DNA of 64,000 bases from Candidatus Eiseniibacteriota bacterium (GTDB taxonomy: Bacteria; Eisenbacteria; RBG-16-71-46; JABDJR01): assembly GCA_963762255.1 (NCBI GenBank), contig CAVXKA010000003.1, positions 224,001-288,000 on the forward strand, given 5' to 3'. Position 1 is the stretch's first letter, and the number at the start of each line of letters is the position of its first letter. This document shows, in pieces, positions 45,912-55,960 of the stretch. Below the pieces are notes generated by a model. That model was not told the origin of the DNA. It made no database searches and was given only the letters and a program-made list of their open reading frames with translations. Position numbers and translations under genes: made by a program.

Positions 45912-46789
45912 CGCTCCGGGTGCGGCCCGCCTCCGCCGGAGATCTCCCTGCGTTGACCCGCTTCATGGCGGCGCACAACGCCTCTCCCGAACAGCGCTGT
46001 CTGTTCTTCGGGGAGACGATCCCGGAGATCGAGAGCGATCTCGACGATCGCTTCGAGGGGGAGCCCTCGGACGGATTCGTGCTCGCCGAGAACGGAGAGG
46101 GTGTCGCGGGTGCGATGGGGTGCGCCGTGGACAGCTCGACGCACCGAGGGTGGCTCGCCGGCCCGTGGGTCGCGTCCGGGCGATGGGACGAGACGGCCGC
46201 CGCGCTCTTCACCGCCCTGCGCGAGCGGCTCGGACGCCGGGTCGCCCTCTTCGACACGTTCGTGGACGCCGAGGCCGAGCGGGTGGTTCGGTTCTACACG
46301 GAACAGGGTTTTCGAGCCCGCAAGCGGGCCCATGTATACACCGCGCCTCGGCCGGCGGATGTCGCCCTCTTACCCCCGGGGACGGATCTCGCGCGAGACT
46401 GCGAATCGGCGTTCCTGGACCTGCACGCTCGAGCCTTTCCGGAGGCCCCGGATCCCGGCCCCGATCTCCTCGATCGCCGCGGGGAAAGCTTTCGCATCCT
46501 CGCGGTGAGGGACTCCGAGGGTCTCGTCGGATACACCTGCGGCGCGGAGCAGCACCAGCCGCGCGAGGGTTTCGTGGAGTACCTTGCTGTCGAGCTCCGC
46601 GGGCGCGGGCGCGGACACGGCCGGACGCTCCTCACGCAGATGCTTCGCTGGTTCTTCGTCGAGAAGAACCTCCCGCAGGCCGCGCTTGCCGTGGACGACG
46701 AGAACAACGGAGCGCGTGGGCTCTACGAGAGCGCGGGATTCCGCGTGCACCGAACCGGCGTGGCACTGCGCTGGCCGCTCTGCGGTTAG
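45908..46789 (+). CDS. Tandem GNAT acetyltransferase
   Basis: LAV...RGRGHGR.L and N.GA..LYESAGF motifs plus a degenerate N-terminal GNAT domain. Confidence 0.8.
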   Translation: MTLRVRPASAGDLPALTRFMAAHNASPEQRCLFFGETIPEIESDLDDRFEGEPSDGFVLAENGEGVAGAMGCAVDSSTHRGWLAGPWVASGRWDETAAALFTALRERLGRRVALFDTFVDAEAERVVRFYTEQGFRARKRAHVYTAPRPADVALLPPGTDLARDCESAFLDLHARAFPEAPDPGPDLLDRRGESFRILAVRDSEGLVGYTCGAEQHQPREGFVEYLAVELRGRGRGHGRTLLTQMLRWFFVEKNLPQAALAVDDENNGARGLYESAGFRVHRTGVALRWPLCG

Positions 46790-46801
46790 GGCCCGCCCCG
46801 A

Positions 46802-47575
46802 TCAGGGTCGGCCGGCCCGCTCCCAGGCCAGACGGATCCCGTCCACGGTGAGGGCCGGATCCACTTCCGTGATCGTCTCCGAAGCCTCGGCGATGAGCGC
46901 GGCGAGCCCCCCGGTGGCCACGACCGGCGTCTTTGCTGCGAAGTCCATCTCCCGAAAGATGCCGCGAACGAGGGCGTCCACCCCACCCACCGCCCCGAAG
47001 TAGATTCCTATCTGCATCGCCTCCTCGGTCGTGCGGCCCATGAAACGCTGCGGTCGCCTGATTTCCACGGGAGCGAGGCGTGCCCCGCGTTGAAAGAGAG
47101 CGTTTGCGGCGGTGGCCACGCCGGGCGAGATCGCACCGCCCGCGTATTCGCCCTTCGCCGTCACCACGTCGAAGGTCGTGGCGGTTCCGAGGTCCACCAC
47201 GACCGCCGGCGCCCCGTGCTTGTCGATCACGGCGAGGGCGTTGGCCAGCCGATCCGCCCCGACGCTGGCGGGGTCGTGGTAGAGGATCGGGACAGGGACC
47301 GTGGTGTGGTCGAGGATGAAGGTGGGGCGTTTCAGAAGTCGTTCCCCGACCCGGCGGTACTCCGTCGTGAGCGCCGGCACCACCGAGGACACCGCGATCC
47401 CCGTGATCTCGGCCTCCCGGTGCCCCACGCTGCTCAGGACGTAGTGCAGGAGCACGGAGATCTCGTCTCCTGTCTGGCGCGGAGAGCTGGTCAAACGCCA
47501 ATGATGCAGAAGTCGATCCCCCTCGAAGAGAGCGACCGCGGTTTCCGAGTTGCCGACGTCGATGGCGAGCAGCAT
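46802..47575 (-). CDS. coaX: Type III pantothenate kinase
   Basis: LLAIDVGNS, SSVVP, VGADR, VDLGTATTFD, GGAISPG and ATGG motifs. Confidence 0.95.
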   Translation of the reverse strand: MLLAIDVGNSETAVALFEGDRLLHHWRLTSSPRQTGDEISVLLHYVLSSVGHREAEITGIAVSSVVPALTTEYRRVGERLLKRPTFILDHTTVPVPILYHDPASVGADRLANALAVIDKHGAPAVVVDLGTATTFDVVTAKGEYAGGAISPGVATAANALFQRGARLAPVEIRRPQRFMGRTTEEAMQIGIYFGAVGGVDALVRGIFREMDFAAKTPVVATGGLAALIAEASETITEVDPALTVDGIRLAWERAGRP

Positions 47576-47576
47576 G

Positions 47577-48341
47577 TCACTCTCCTTGGTTCGCCCGATC
47601 CGCTTCGCGCACGCGGCGGGCCCGTTGGCGGCCCCGGTAAACCACGCCCACCACCAGGAAACTCAGGCCGTATAAGAGGAGCAGCGGCGCGGCGAGGAGC
47701 AATTGGGAGATGGGGTCGGCGGGCGTGAGAATCGCCGCCACCACGAAGATCACCACGATGCTGTGCCGCCAGTAGAGACGCATGCGCCGGGGGGTGAGGA
47801 TGCCCACCCCCGCGAGGAAGGCGGCCACGAGCGGGGTCTGGAACACGAGCCCGCAAGCCAACCCCATGGTGAACACCACGTCCAGCAGGTAGTGCACTTC
47901 GGTCTGCGACTGCAACCGCTCGGAGCCGAAGCCGATCAGAACCTTGACCATCACCGGGGTCAGCAGGAAGTACGAGAACGCGATCCCGAGATAGAAGAGA
48001 ACGATCGAACTCAGGACCGAGGGGAGAACGACCCGCTTCTCCTTGGTGAGGAGACCGGGCCCGACAAAACTCCACAGCTTCCAGAAGCTGTACGGAAGGG
48101 TAAGCAGGATCCCCAGCACCAGGGTGACCTTGAGTCGGGCCATGAACGCGCCCTGGGGCTTCAGGAAGACCGCGGAACCGGTGGTGTTCTCGATCAACCA
48201 ATCGAGCGTGCGGTCCGACGCCCACCACGCGACGACCGCGCCGACGGCCACCGCAGCGATGACGTGCAGCACCATCTTGCGGAGTTCCTCCAGGTGCTGG
48301 AGGAAGGGCATGCTGGCGTCGGCGGTGGCGTCTTCGGTCAA
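47577..48341 (-). CDS. tatC: Twin-arginine translocase subunit TatC
   Basis: PFLQHLEELR, WSFVGPGL...EK, FQTP and AAILTP.D..SQ motifs. Confidence 0.93.
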   Translation of the reverse strand: MTEDATADASMPFLQHLEELRKMVLHVIAAVAVGAVVAWWASDRTLDWLIENTTGSAVFLKPQGAFMARLKVTLVLGILLTLPYSFWKLWSFVGPGLLTKEKRVVLPSVLSSIVLFYLGIAFSYFLLTPVMVKVLIGFGSERLQSQTEVHYLLDVVFTMGLACGLVFQTPLVAAFLAGVGILTPRRMRLYWRHSIVVIFVVAAILTPADPISQLLLAAPLLLLYGLSFLVVGVVYRGRQRARRVREADRANQGE

Positions 48342-48347
48342 GGGAAG

Positions 48348-48827
48348 CTACTCGCGGGATCGGGAAGGGTCCGGATCGCCCTGCACGAGCCCTTGGATCT
48401 CATCCAGGAACTGGTTCACGTCCTTGAAGTGGCGATAGACCGAGGCGAAGCGCACGTAGGCGACCTCATCCAACCCGTGCAGTTCGTCCATCACCCGCTC
48501 GCCGATCTCTCGGCTGGTCACCTCACCGGGTGCCTGGCGCTGGATCTCGGTCTCGATGCGGTCCACCATTTCTTCGATCTGGATGAGCGAGATGGGCCGC
48601 TTCTCGCAGGCGCGAGAAATGCCGGCGATGATCTTCTCCCGGCTGAACGGCTCGCGCTTACCGTTGCGCTTGACCACCACGACGCTCGCGTTCTCCACGT
48701 ATTCGTAGGTGGTATAGCGGTTCCCGCAGCCGATGCACTCGCGGCGGCGGCGAATGGCCCGACCCTCTTTGGTGGAGCGGGAATCGATGACGCGGTCTTC
48801 GAGGTGACCGCACTTCGGGCATCGCAT
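48348..48827 (-). CDS. nrdR: Transcriptional repressor NrdR
   Basis: MRCPKC...VIDSR...IRRRRECIGC..RYTTYE zinc ribbon; ATP cone; VAYVRFASVY. Confidence 0.97.
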   Translation of the reverse strand: MRCPKCGHLEDRVIDSRSTKEGRAIRRRRECIGCGNRYTTYEYVENASVVVVKRNGKREPFSREKIIAGISRACEKRPISLIQIEEMVDRIETEIQRQAPGEVTSREIGERVMDELHGLDEVAYVRFASVYRHFKDVNQFLDEIQGLVQGDPDPSRSRE

Positions 48828-48842
48828 GGGGCCTCCGGAATA

Positions 48843-48895
48843 GCCCTACATAATGTGGGCCGACGCATGCTAACCGCCATATTTGGGGCTGTCAA
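48843..48895 (-). promoter_or_regulatory. Sigma70 promoter of nrdR overlapped by tandem NrdR-box-like operators
   Basis: TTGACA (48895-48890), 17 nt, TAGCAT (48872-48867); boxes GCCCTACATAATGTGG (48843) and CCGCCATATTTGGGGC (48874), 31 bp apart. Confidence 0.7.
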
Positions 48896-49053
48896 CGCGT
48901 CATGACGGCCTACGGCACGGGATGCTGGGCCTTTCCCCCCAGGATGCGCCGCTTCGGGGGTCGAGGCCCCGAGACCCTCCCCGACCGCCTCAAGTCCCCA
49001 TCCCGCCCTCCGATACCCGGACATAGGGAGTGCCCCCGGAGGAGAGGATCACC

Positions 49054-50571
49054 ATGACCGCGACCGTCCCGTCTCGACCCAATCTGGGTCAGATACTCAC
49101 CCGCCTGAAGCTGATCACCGAGGAGCAGGTGCGGACCGCGCTCGAACTCCAGCAGGAGAACGGCCGGCTGTTCGGGGAGTGTCTGCTCGAACTCGGTCAT
49201 ATCGGAGAGGACGATCTCTCGTGGGCGCTGAGCAGCCAACTCGGACTCCCGTTCATGAACGTCTCGGCCGAGATGTGCGATCCCCAATCCCTTTCCAAGT
49301 ACCCTCGTGATTTCCTTCGCCGCAATCGTGTCCTCCCGTTGGTGGAGACCGAGGACACGCTCTCGGTGGTGCTGGCCGATCCCACCGACGAGGTCACCGT
49401 GGCCCGACTGCGGCGCATCTCGGGGCGCGAACTCAACATCGCGGTAGGAACTCCGAGCGCGCTGACCCGTGCGCTGGACGATCTTCTCGGTCCCAGCCCC
49501 CTCGAGCTCGAAGGGTTGGAGGCCTGCGTCGAACAGGCGGGTGGCGTCCCCACGCTCGCCTCGCCCGAAATCACCCGTCTTCTCGATCGCGCCCTCACCG
49601 AAGGGGCATCCGCCATCCACCTCGACCCCGAGGAAAGCAAGGTGCGGGTGCGCTTTCGCGTGGGAAACGCGCTTCATGAGGGCGGGCAGTTCGAGACCAA
49701 GGCGATGAAGGGGGTGGTGGAGAGCTTGAATGCGTGGCTCGGGGCGGGCCGCGACGAGGCCCCCGGCGTGTGCGTGTGGAGCGACGAGATCGACGGCGAG
49801 GCGCCGCCGGTTCGCGCAACCGCGATCCAAGGACAGGCCGGTGTCTCGGTCACGATCTGGCTGGAAGAATCGGGCTTCGCTCCCCCCAAGGTGTCCGCCG
49901 GTTTCGAAGCGGAATGGGAACGGCTCGACGCGCTCCTCGCGCGACCGTGCGGTCTCATCGCCGGCGTCGCGCCGACCGAGCCCGAGCGCCGGCATCTTCT
50001 GTCACGCATCCTGGGACAACTCGACGCGTCGAAGCGACGCGCGTGGGTGCTCGCCCCCGAAGGGTTCCCGCTGCCGAAGCGATTGGCGATCCACACGGCC
50101 AAACCGGACGTCGCCCTCACCTCGTCCTTCGCGCGCCTGGAGGGAGTGGATATCCTGGCCGGTCTCTTCCCCTCTCCCCAACACCTTCCGGCCCTCATTG
50201 AGGCCGCGGATCGGGATCGCCTCGTCGTCGCGGTCCTGCCCGGCCACTCCGCGCTTGGCCTTCTGGCGAGGCTTCTGGAGGCGGGGATTTCCGCGAGCCT
50301 CCTGGCGGAGACCTTCCTCGCCGCGATCGCGCAGCGCACGCTCCCCGCGACCAGGGCCGATGATCCGCCGCAGGCGCTGGCGGAGCTTCTCTTCATGGAC
50401 GACCCGTTGCGTCGCGCGTTGCAGGACGGCGGCCGAATCGGCGATCTCCGCAGAGCAGCACGCGAGCAGGGCTTCGTCGAACTCGCCGCCCGAGCGAGGG
50501 GACTCGGCAGCATCGACGCCGCACTCCTGGCCGACCTGGACCGGCATCGCTACCTGGGAGAAGCGGCATGA
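49054..50571 (+). CDS. PilB/GspE-like protein with an MshEN N-terminal domain and a degenerate ATPase domain
   Basis: LGQIL...LITEEQV..AL..Q and FGECLLELG.I.EDDL..ALSSQLG; GASAIHLDP...VRFRV; Walker A/B and His box substituted. Confidence 0.75.
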   Translation: MTATVPSRPNLGQILTRLKLITEEQVRTALELQQENGRLFGECLLELGHIGEDDLSWALSSQLGLPFMNVSAEMCDPQSLSKYPRDFLRRNRVLPLVETEDTLSVVLADPTDEVTVARLRRISGRELNIAVGTPSALTRALDDLLGPSPLELEGLEACVEQAGGVPTLASPEITRLLDRALTEGASAIHLDPEESKVRVRFRVGNALHEGGQFETKAMKGVVESLNAWLGAGRDEAPGVCVWSDEIDGEAPPVRATAIQGQAGVSVTIWLEESGFAPPKVSAGFEAEWERLDALLARPCGLIAGVAPTEPERRHLLSRILGQLDASKRRAWVLAPEGFPLPKRLAIHTAKPDVALTSSFARLEGVDILAGLFPSPQHLPALIEAADRDRLVVAVLPGHSALGLLARLLEAGISASLLAETFLAAIAQRTLPATRADDPPQALAELLFMDDPLRRALQDGGRIGDLRRAAREQGFVELAARARGLGSIDAALLADLDRHRYLGEAA

Positions 50572-51659
50572 CCCCCGACATCAACGTGCTCCTTGCCTTC
50601 GCCCTCAAACAAGGGGCTTCCGACTTGCATTTGAGCTCCGGTATGTCCCCCATGGTGCGCCTGCATGGCGAGATGACCCGTCTCGATGTGCCGCCCATAG
50701 ACGCCGGGACCCTCGCCGGCATGATCCACACGATCATGACCGAAGATCAGAAGCAGCGATTCGCCGATCACCTCGAGTTGGATTTCGCGATCGAGTTGAC
50801 CGACATGGGCCGCTTCCGCGTGAACGCGTTCACGCACACACGCGGCCCGGGCGCGGTGCTGCGGGCGATTCCGTGCCGGGTGCCCACGCTGGAGGAGATG
50901 GGGCTCCCCAAGATCCTCGCCGAGATGGCGATGAAGGAGCGCGGCCTCATCCTCGTGACCGGCCCCACCGGCAGCGGCAAATCGACCACGCTCGCCGCCA
51001 TGGTCAACCACATCAACGAGCGCCGCCGCGGTCACATCATCACCATCGAGGATCCGATCGAGTTCATCCACACCCCGAAGAACTGTCTCATCAACCAGCG
51101 TGAGGTCGGGCGGCACACGCATTCCTTCGCGAACGCGCTCCGCAGCGCGCTGCGCGAGGACCCCGACGTGATCCTGGTGGGAGAGCTGCGCGATCTCGAA
51201 ACCACGCAGCTCGCGATCACCGCCGCCGAGACAGGGCACGTGGTGTTCGGCACGCTGCACACCAACAGCGCGGCCAAGACGGTGGACCGCGTCATCGACG
51301 TCTTCCCGAGCGGACAGCAGTCTCAGATCCGCAGCATGTTCTCGGAGTCGATCATGGGCATCATCGCCCAGACCCTCCTCAAGAAGAGACAAGGGGGCGG
51401 GCGGGTCTGCGCGCAGGAGATCCTGGTCGCCATCCCCGCGGTGCGTAACCTCATCCGCGAGGAGAAGACGGCGCAGATGCTCTCGGTGATCCAGACCGGC
51501 GCCCAGCACGGCATGCAGAGCATGGATCAGTGCCTCAAGAACCTGGTCATGGAGGGGATCGTCGACGCGCAGGAGGCGGCCATGAAAGCCACCACGCCGT
51601 CGATCATCCTGGGGCACAAGGAGCCGGAGAGCGGGACCAACGGTCGGAAAGCGGCCTAG
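50568..51659 (+). CDS. pilT: Type IV pilus retraction ATPase PilT
   Basis: GASDLHL, GPTGSGKSTT, TIEDPIE, LREDPDVILVGELRD, TGH..FGTLHT and AVRNLIRE motifs. Confidence 0.95.
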   Translation: MTPDINVLLAFALKQGASDLHLSSGMSPMVRLHGEMTRLDVPPIDAGTLAGMIHTIMTEDQKQRFADHLELDFAIELTDMGRFRVNAFTHTRGPGAVLRAIPCRVPTLEEMGLPKILAEMAMKERGLILVTGPTGSGKSTTLAAMVNHINERRRGHIITIEDPIEFIHTPKNCLINQREVGRHTHSFANALRSALREDPDVILVGELRDLETTQLAITAAETGHVVFGTLHTNSAAKTVDRVIDVFPSGQQSQIRSMFSESIMGIIAQTLLKKRQGGGRVCAQEILVAIPAVRNLIREEKTAQMLSVIQTGAQHGMQSMDQCLKNLVMEGIVDAQEAAMKATTPSIILGHKEPESGTNGRKAA

Positions 51660-52918
51660 ACCGGGCGCTCCCCGAACACCGCCCGGAAGAGCACTTCGTC
51701 GGCCGGCTCCATCACGACCTGCCGCCGGCCCATGACCGCGCGTGCCACCGCGAGCGCCTTCTCCACGTCATAGCGCTCCGAGCTCTGCACCCCGCCCCAG
51801 GTGAAGGACGGCAGATGCTTGGGCGGAAACCCCGCCCCGAACACGTTGCAGGAGAATCCCACCACCGTCCCCGTGTTGAAGAGCGTGCCGATCGCGCTTT
51901 TCGAGTGGTCTCCCATGAAGAGACCCACGAACTGGCTGCCCGTGTCGACCTCGCCGTCCGGCGTCCACACCCGCACCGTTCCGTAGTTGTTCTTGAGATC
52001 CGAGTTGTTGGTGGCGGCGCCGAGGTTGGTCCATGCACCCAGGTACGCGTGTCCGAGGTAGCCGTCATGCTGCTTGTTCGAGTAACCCTGAAGGATCGAG
52101 CCTTCGACCTCGCCCCCCACCTTGCACGACGGTCCGATCGAGACCGGGCCCTCGAGCTTCGCCCCGAAACGGATCAGACTGCGCGGACCGATGAACGCGG
52201 GACCGAGCACGACCGCGTTGTGCATGACGCGCGCGCCCTCGCCGAGGATGATGGGGCCGCCGGAGGCGTCCAGGATGGCGCCCGCCTCCACGCGGGCGTT
52301 CTCGCGGGCGAGGATGCGGTCCTTGTGCAGGAGCTGCGCCCCCGGCGCCACGTCGGGCAGCCGTTGGAGTTGCGGCTGATTCGCCCACTCGAAATCGTCC
52401 TCGAGCACCTCGGCGTTCCACGCCACGAGGTCCCAGAGGTGATCGACGAGCCTCACGCCCTCCGGAGCCCCGGCCACGGTATGGTCGCGGGGAAACGGCG
52501 CCGGCTCGCCCGACTCCAGCGCGCGCACCAGTTCCCCGGCGAACGCGGCCGCCGTCGCGCCGGTGACGCGGGCCGCCACGAGCTCGCCGTTGCGCTGCAC
52601 CGCCACCGCCTTGTCCAGCAACGTGTGCAGATCGGTGATCGCATCGCCGAGACAGAGGAGCCTCCCGTTGAGGAAGAGCACGTCCTCGCCGGTCTCGCGA
52701 TTCACGCCGTGCCCGGCATACTCCCGCTCGACCCCCGGCCGCAACTGCTCGCGGCACAGGAAGTCGACCCGTTTGAGATCGCGCCGACCGAGTTGCAGCG
52801 TGAGCCTCCGCCCGAGCGTCGCCGCTCCCACTCTGCAGTCGAACGTGGGCCGGGAAAGGGTGATCGGATAGAGTCGCCGCCACCCAGCATCTTCGAAGAT
52901 CACCACCTGATGGTTCAT
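51656..52918 (-). CDS. Alternative GlmU-like protein (degenerate nucleotidyltransferase domain plus left-handed beta-helix acetyltransferase)
   Basis: FED....LYP.TLSRP..D.RVG, FLNGRL, hexapeptide repeats, KVGGEVE, NKQHDGYLG and NLGA.T.NSDLKNNY motifs. Confidence 0.85.
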   Translation of the reverse strand: MNHQVVIFEDAGWRRLYPITLSRPTFDCRVGAATLGRRLTLQLGRRDLKRVDFLCREQLRPGVEREYAGHGVNRETGEDVLFLNGRLLCLGDAITDLHTLLDKAVAVQRNGELVAARVTGATAAAFAGELVRALESGEPAPFPRDHTVAGAPEGVRLVDHLWDLVAWNAEVLEDDFEWANQPQLQRLPDVAPGAQLLHKDRILARENARVEAGAILDASGGPIILGEGARVMHNAVVLGPAFIGPRSLIRFGAKLEGPVSIGPSCKVGGEVEGSILQGYSNKQHDGYLGHAYLGAWTNLGAATNNSDLKNNYGTVRVWTPDGEVDTGSQFVGLFMGDHSKSAIGTLFNTGTVVGFSCNVFGAGFPPKHLPSFTWGGVQSSERYDVEKALAVARAVMGRRQVVMEPADEVLFRAVFGERPV

Positions 52919-54642
52919 CGCGATTCCTCCCCGAGCGCCGATCCGAACGGGGCGTCGGGATCCCTCCACGTCACGCGTCCGCCCATCACCGTGAGTCGCG
53001 CCCGAGCCGTCAATAGATCGTCCGGGTCGCAGGTGACGAGATCGCGGTCCCACACCACGAAGTCCGCATCCTTGCCCGGGGTGAGGGTTCCCCGGCGGTG
53101 CAGATCCCCGGAAGCGTACGCGGGGGCGGCGGTGAACGCCACCAGCGCTTCTTCACGCGAGAGTCGTTGCTCGGGGGCCCAGCCCGCCGGGGGAGCGCCG
53201 TCCGTGCCCCGCCGCGTCACCGCAGCATAGAGACCGAGAATCGGGTTCGGGGACTCGATCGGAAAGTCGCTCCCGGCGGCGAGCACCGCGCCGCCTTCCA
53301 GCACCGAACGCCAGGCGTAGGCTCCGCGGAGCCGCGCGCCGCCGAGCCGCTCCGGCACCCAGGGCATGTCGCTCGTGCAGTGGGTGGGCTGCATGCTCGC
53401 CAGCACCCCCAGGGCGGCGATGCGAGGGATGTCCTCGCTCGTGAGGATCTGCGCATGCTCGAGCCGAATCGGGGGGCGCACCGAGGCCACGGCTCCGATC
53501 CCGCTCTGCGGCGCGGCGGGCGCCGGGCGCGGGGCGAACGCGGGATCGCCGCTCGCCCGCAGCCGTTCCCACGCGTCGAGCAGCGTCCGGTTCCCGCGAT
53601 CCCCGATGGCGTGCACCGCGCATTGGAAGCCGGCGCGCAGCGCGCGCGAGAGCCCGCGCTCAGTGGTCTCGCGATCCATGAGCAAGAGCCCGCGATTGCC
53701 GGGGTCGTCCGCGTAGGGTTCCAGAAGCGCGGCACCGCGCGAGCCGAGCGCGCCGTCCATATAGAACTTGACCATGCCGAGCTTGAACACTCCCGCGTGC
53801 CATTCTAGGTCGGGGCCCTGCATGAGAACGTCGAGCGATTCAGCCCCGTCGGTGGATCCCGCTTCGACCATCGCGGCCGTCGCGTTGAGGGCGCCGTAGA
53901 CGCGAACGACGAGATCGCCGCTCTCGGCGAGCCCTCGATAGACGGGGAGATCATCGGGGTCGAGCCCCATGTCGTGCACGCCGGTGAGACCGCACGCGGC
54001 GAGCCGCTCCATCGCGTGCCGGATCGCGCGCATCTTGGCCGCGGCCTCGACACGCGGTCGCACGCGGACGACGAGATCCTGGGCGTTGTCGACGAGGATG
54101 CCGGTCGGCTCTCCGACGGCGTCTCGGAGGATCTTCCCTCCCGCAGGGTCCGGCGTGTTCTTCGTTACCCCGGCCAACGCGAGCGCCTTCGAGTTCACCC
54201 ACGCCGCGTGTCCGTCGATACGCGAGAGCATGACCGGAAAGTCGGCGCACACGCGGTCGAGGTCCGCGGACGTGGGGTATCGATTCTCCGGCCAGTCGTT
54301 CTGATCCCACCCGCGCCCGAGAATCCACCCGCTTCCCTCCCCGGCCCGACGATCCGAAGCAGCCGCGGCCACACGGCTCAACGCCTCCTCGACCGAGCGG
54401 GCGCCGGCAAGGTCGACGCGCTCCAGCGAGAGCCCGAAGCTCTGGATGTGAGCGTGGGCGTCGACCAGACCCGGCGTCACGAAGGCCCCCCCGAGGTCCA
54501 CGCGCCTCGCCCCCTCCCCGGCGGCCGCCAGAACCTCGGTCCGGAGCCCCACGGCTCGGATCACCCCGTCTTCGACGAGCAGGGCCTCCCCCGCCGGCCG
54601 TTCCGGGTCACCGGTCCAGATCACCGCGTTTTCATAGAGCAT
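52915..54642 (-). CDS. YtcJ-like amidohydrolase 3 (start may extend upstream)
   Basis: PGLVDAHAH, GRGWDQ, RIDGH, K.YMDGALGSRGA, HAIGD, RLEHAQ, SMQPTH and GSDFP motifs. Confidence 0.9.
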   Translation of the reverse strand: MLYENAVIWTGDPERPAGEALLVEDGVIRAVGLRTEVLAAAGEGARRVDLGGAFVTPGLVDAHAHIQSFGLSLERVDLAGARSVEEALSRVAAAASDRRAGEGSGWILGRGWDQNDWPENRYPTSADLDRVCADFPVMLSRIDGHAAWVNSKALALAGVTKNTPDPAGGKILRDAVGEPTGILVDNAQDLVVRVRPRVEAAAKMRAIRHAMERLAACGLTGVHDMGLDPDDLPVYRGLAESGDLVVRVYGALNATAAMVEAGSTDGAESLDVLMQGPDLEWHAGVFKLGMVKFYMDGALGSRGAALLEPYADDPGNRGLLLMDRETTERGLSRALRAGFQCAVHAIGDRGNRTLLDAWERLRASGDPAFAPRPAPAAPQSGIGAVASVRPPIRLEHAQILTSEDIPRIAALGVLASMQPTHCTSDMPWVPERLGGARLRGAYAWRSVLEGGAVLAAGSDFPIESPNPILGLYAAVTRRGTDGAPPAGWAPEQRLSREEALVAFTAAPAYASGDLHRRGTLTPGKDADFVVWDRDLVTCDPDDLLTARARLTVMGGRVTWRDPDAPFGSALGEESR

Positions 54643-54810
54643 CGACTCCGCCTCCGCCGTAGGCGTCCATCCGGGCCCCAGCACCGCCACCAGGGGGAAA
54701 AGCGCCCAAACCCCCGCCCTGGGCAACAGGGCGTGGGCTACGGTGCCGCCGCCTCGCAGCCGATAACTTGGATTGCCCCTACCCCTGACTTCTTTCACGG
54801 AGAATCCAAC

Positions 54811-55932
54811 GTGTCCGTCCAACTTCAAGCGTCCGGCCTTTCGTCGTGCCCACCCGCGTCCCCCGACGACGACCACTCGTCGTACCGGGCCATCCTACGC
54901 CATGAGGACCTGCTCGGCGACGATGGCGTGCCGCCCGTTCAGGATCCGGCGCCCCACGCCCGGTGGCCCATGATGGCCCGCATCGGGGCCGGAGTGGCCG
55001 CCTCCGCGGTGACCACGCCCTTCATCGCCATGCTGTCGGGACAGGACGCCGGCCACCTGGTGCCGATCGCCCTCCTGACCGCGGCCACCGGTATCGTGGG
55101 TGCGCAGGCAAGCTACCTCATCACGCGTCGCGAGATCACGACCTGGATGGGACGCATGTCGCAGCGCACCGAGCGCCTCTTCCGCCGCGAGCCGGGCCAG
55201 ACATCTCCCGACCCGGTCGACTTCGAGCGCTATCTCTACAGCCTGGCCGGAAACCTCGAGATCACCCTGGAGCATCAGATCAGTCAGGAGCGCGACGCGC
55301 TGCTGCACACCATCACCTCGCTGGCGTCCGCGCTCGAAGCGCGCGACCCTTTCACCCGAAATCACTCCTCGAACGTGGCCAAGTTCGCGGTGCGTGTGGG
55401 GAAGCAAATGGGGCTCCCCCGCGCGGAACTCTACGAGATCCACCTGGCCGGGCTCCTGCATGACATCGGCAAGATCGGCGTTCCCGACTCCATCCTCCTC
55501 AAGCCGGCCGGTCTCACCCGCGAAGAGTACGAGGTGATGAAGACCCATCCCGTGCTCGGCGCGCGCATCATCTCCGGTATCCCCGGCCTGGAATCGGTGA
55601 CGAAGATCGTGCTCCACCACCACGAGATGTGGAACGGGCAGGGCTACCCGGACGGGATCTCCAGCCGCGACATCCCGGTGGGCGCCCGCATCATCGCTGC
55701 CAGCGATACCTACCTCTCGATGGTGGAGGATCGCCCCTACCGCGCCGCCCAGCGATTGGACCGGGTCTTCCGCGAGTTGCGGCGGGTGGCGGGCGAGCAA
55801 CTCGACCCCGACGTGGTGGAGGCTCTGCTCATCATGATCCAGCGGGAGACGGAGACCTTCGGCAGCCCGCTTTTGGGGAACTACGAGAGCCTGTCGACGG
55901 GCGAAGAGGCGGAGACGAGCGAAGCGGCTTAG
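54811..55932 (+). CDS. Membrane-bound HD-GYP phosphodiesterase (start 54811 or 54971)
   Basis: Two TM segments; EARDPFT.NHS, LLHDIGKIG and HHEMWNGQGYPDG motifs. Confidence 0.85.
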   Translation: MSVQLQASGLSSCPPASPDDDHSSYRAILRHEDLLGDDGVPPVQDPAPHARWPMMARIGAGVAASAVTTPFIAMLSGQDAGHLVPIALLTAATGIVGAQASYLITRREITTWMGRMSQRTERLFRREPGQTSPDPVDFERYLYSLAGNLEITLEHQISQERDALLHTITSLASALEARDPFTRNHSSNVAKFAVRVGKQMGLPRAELYEIHLAGLLHDIGKIGVPDSILLKPAGLTREEYEVMKTHPVLGARIISGIPGLESVTKIVLHHHEMWNGQGYPDGISSRDIPVGARIIAASDTYLSMVEDRPYRAAQRLDRVFRELRRVAGEQLDPDVVEALLIMIQRETETFGSPLLGNYESLSTGEEAETSEAA

Positions 55933-55960
55933 CCGTCCAACCCCGCGCGAAGTCCGCCGC

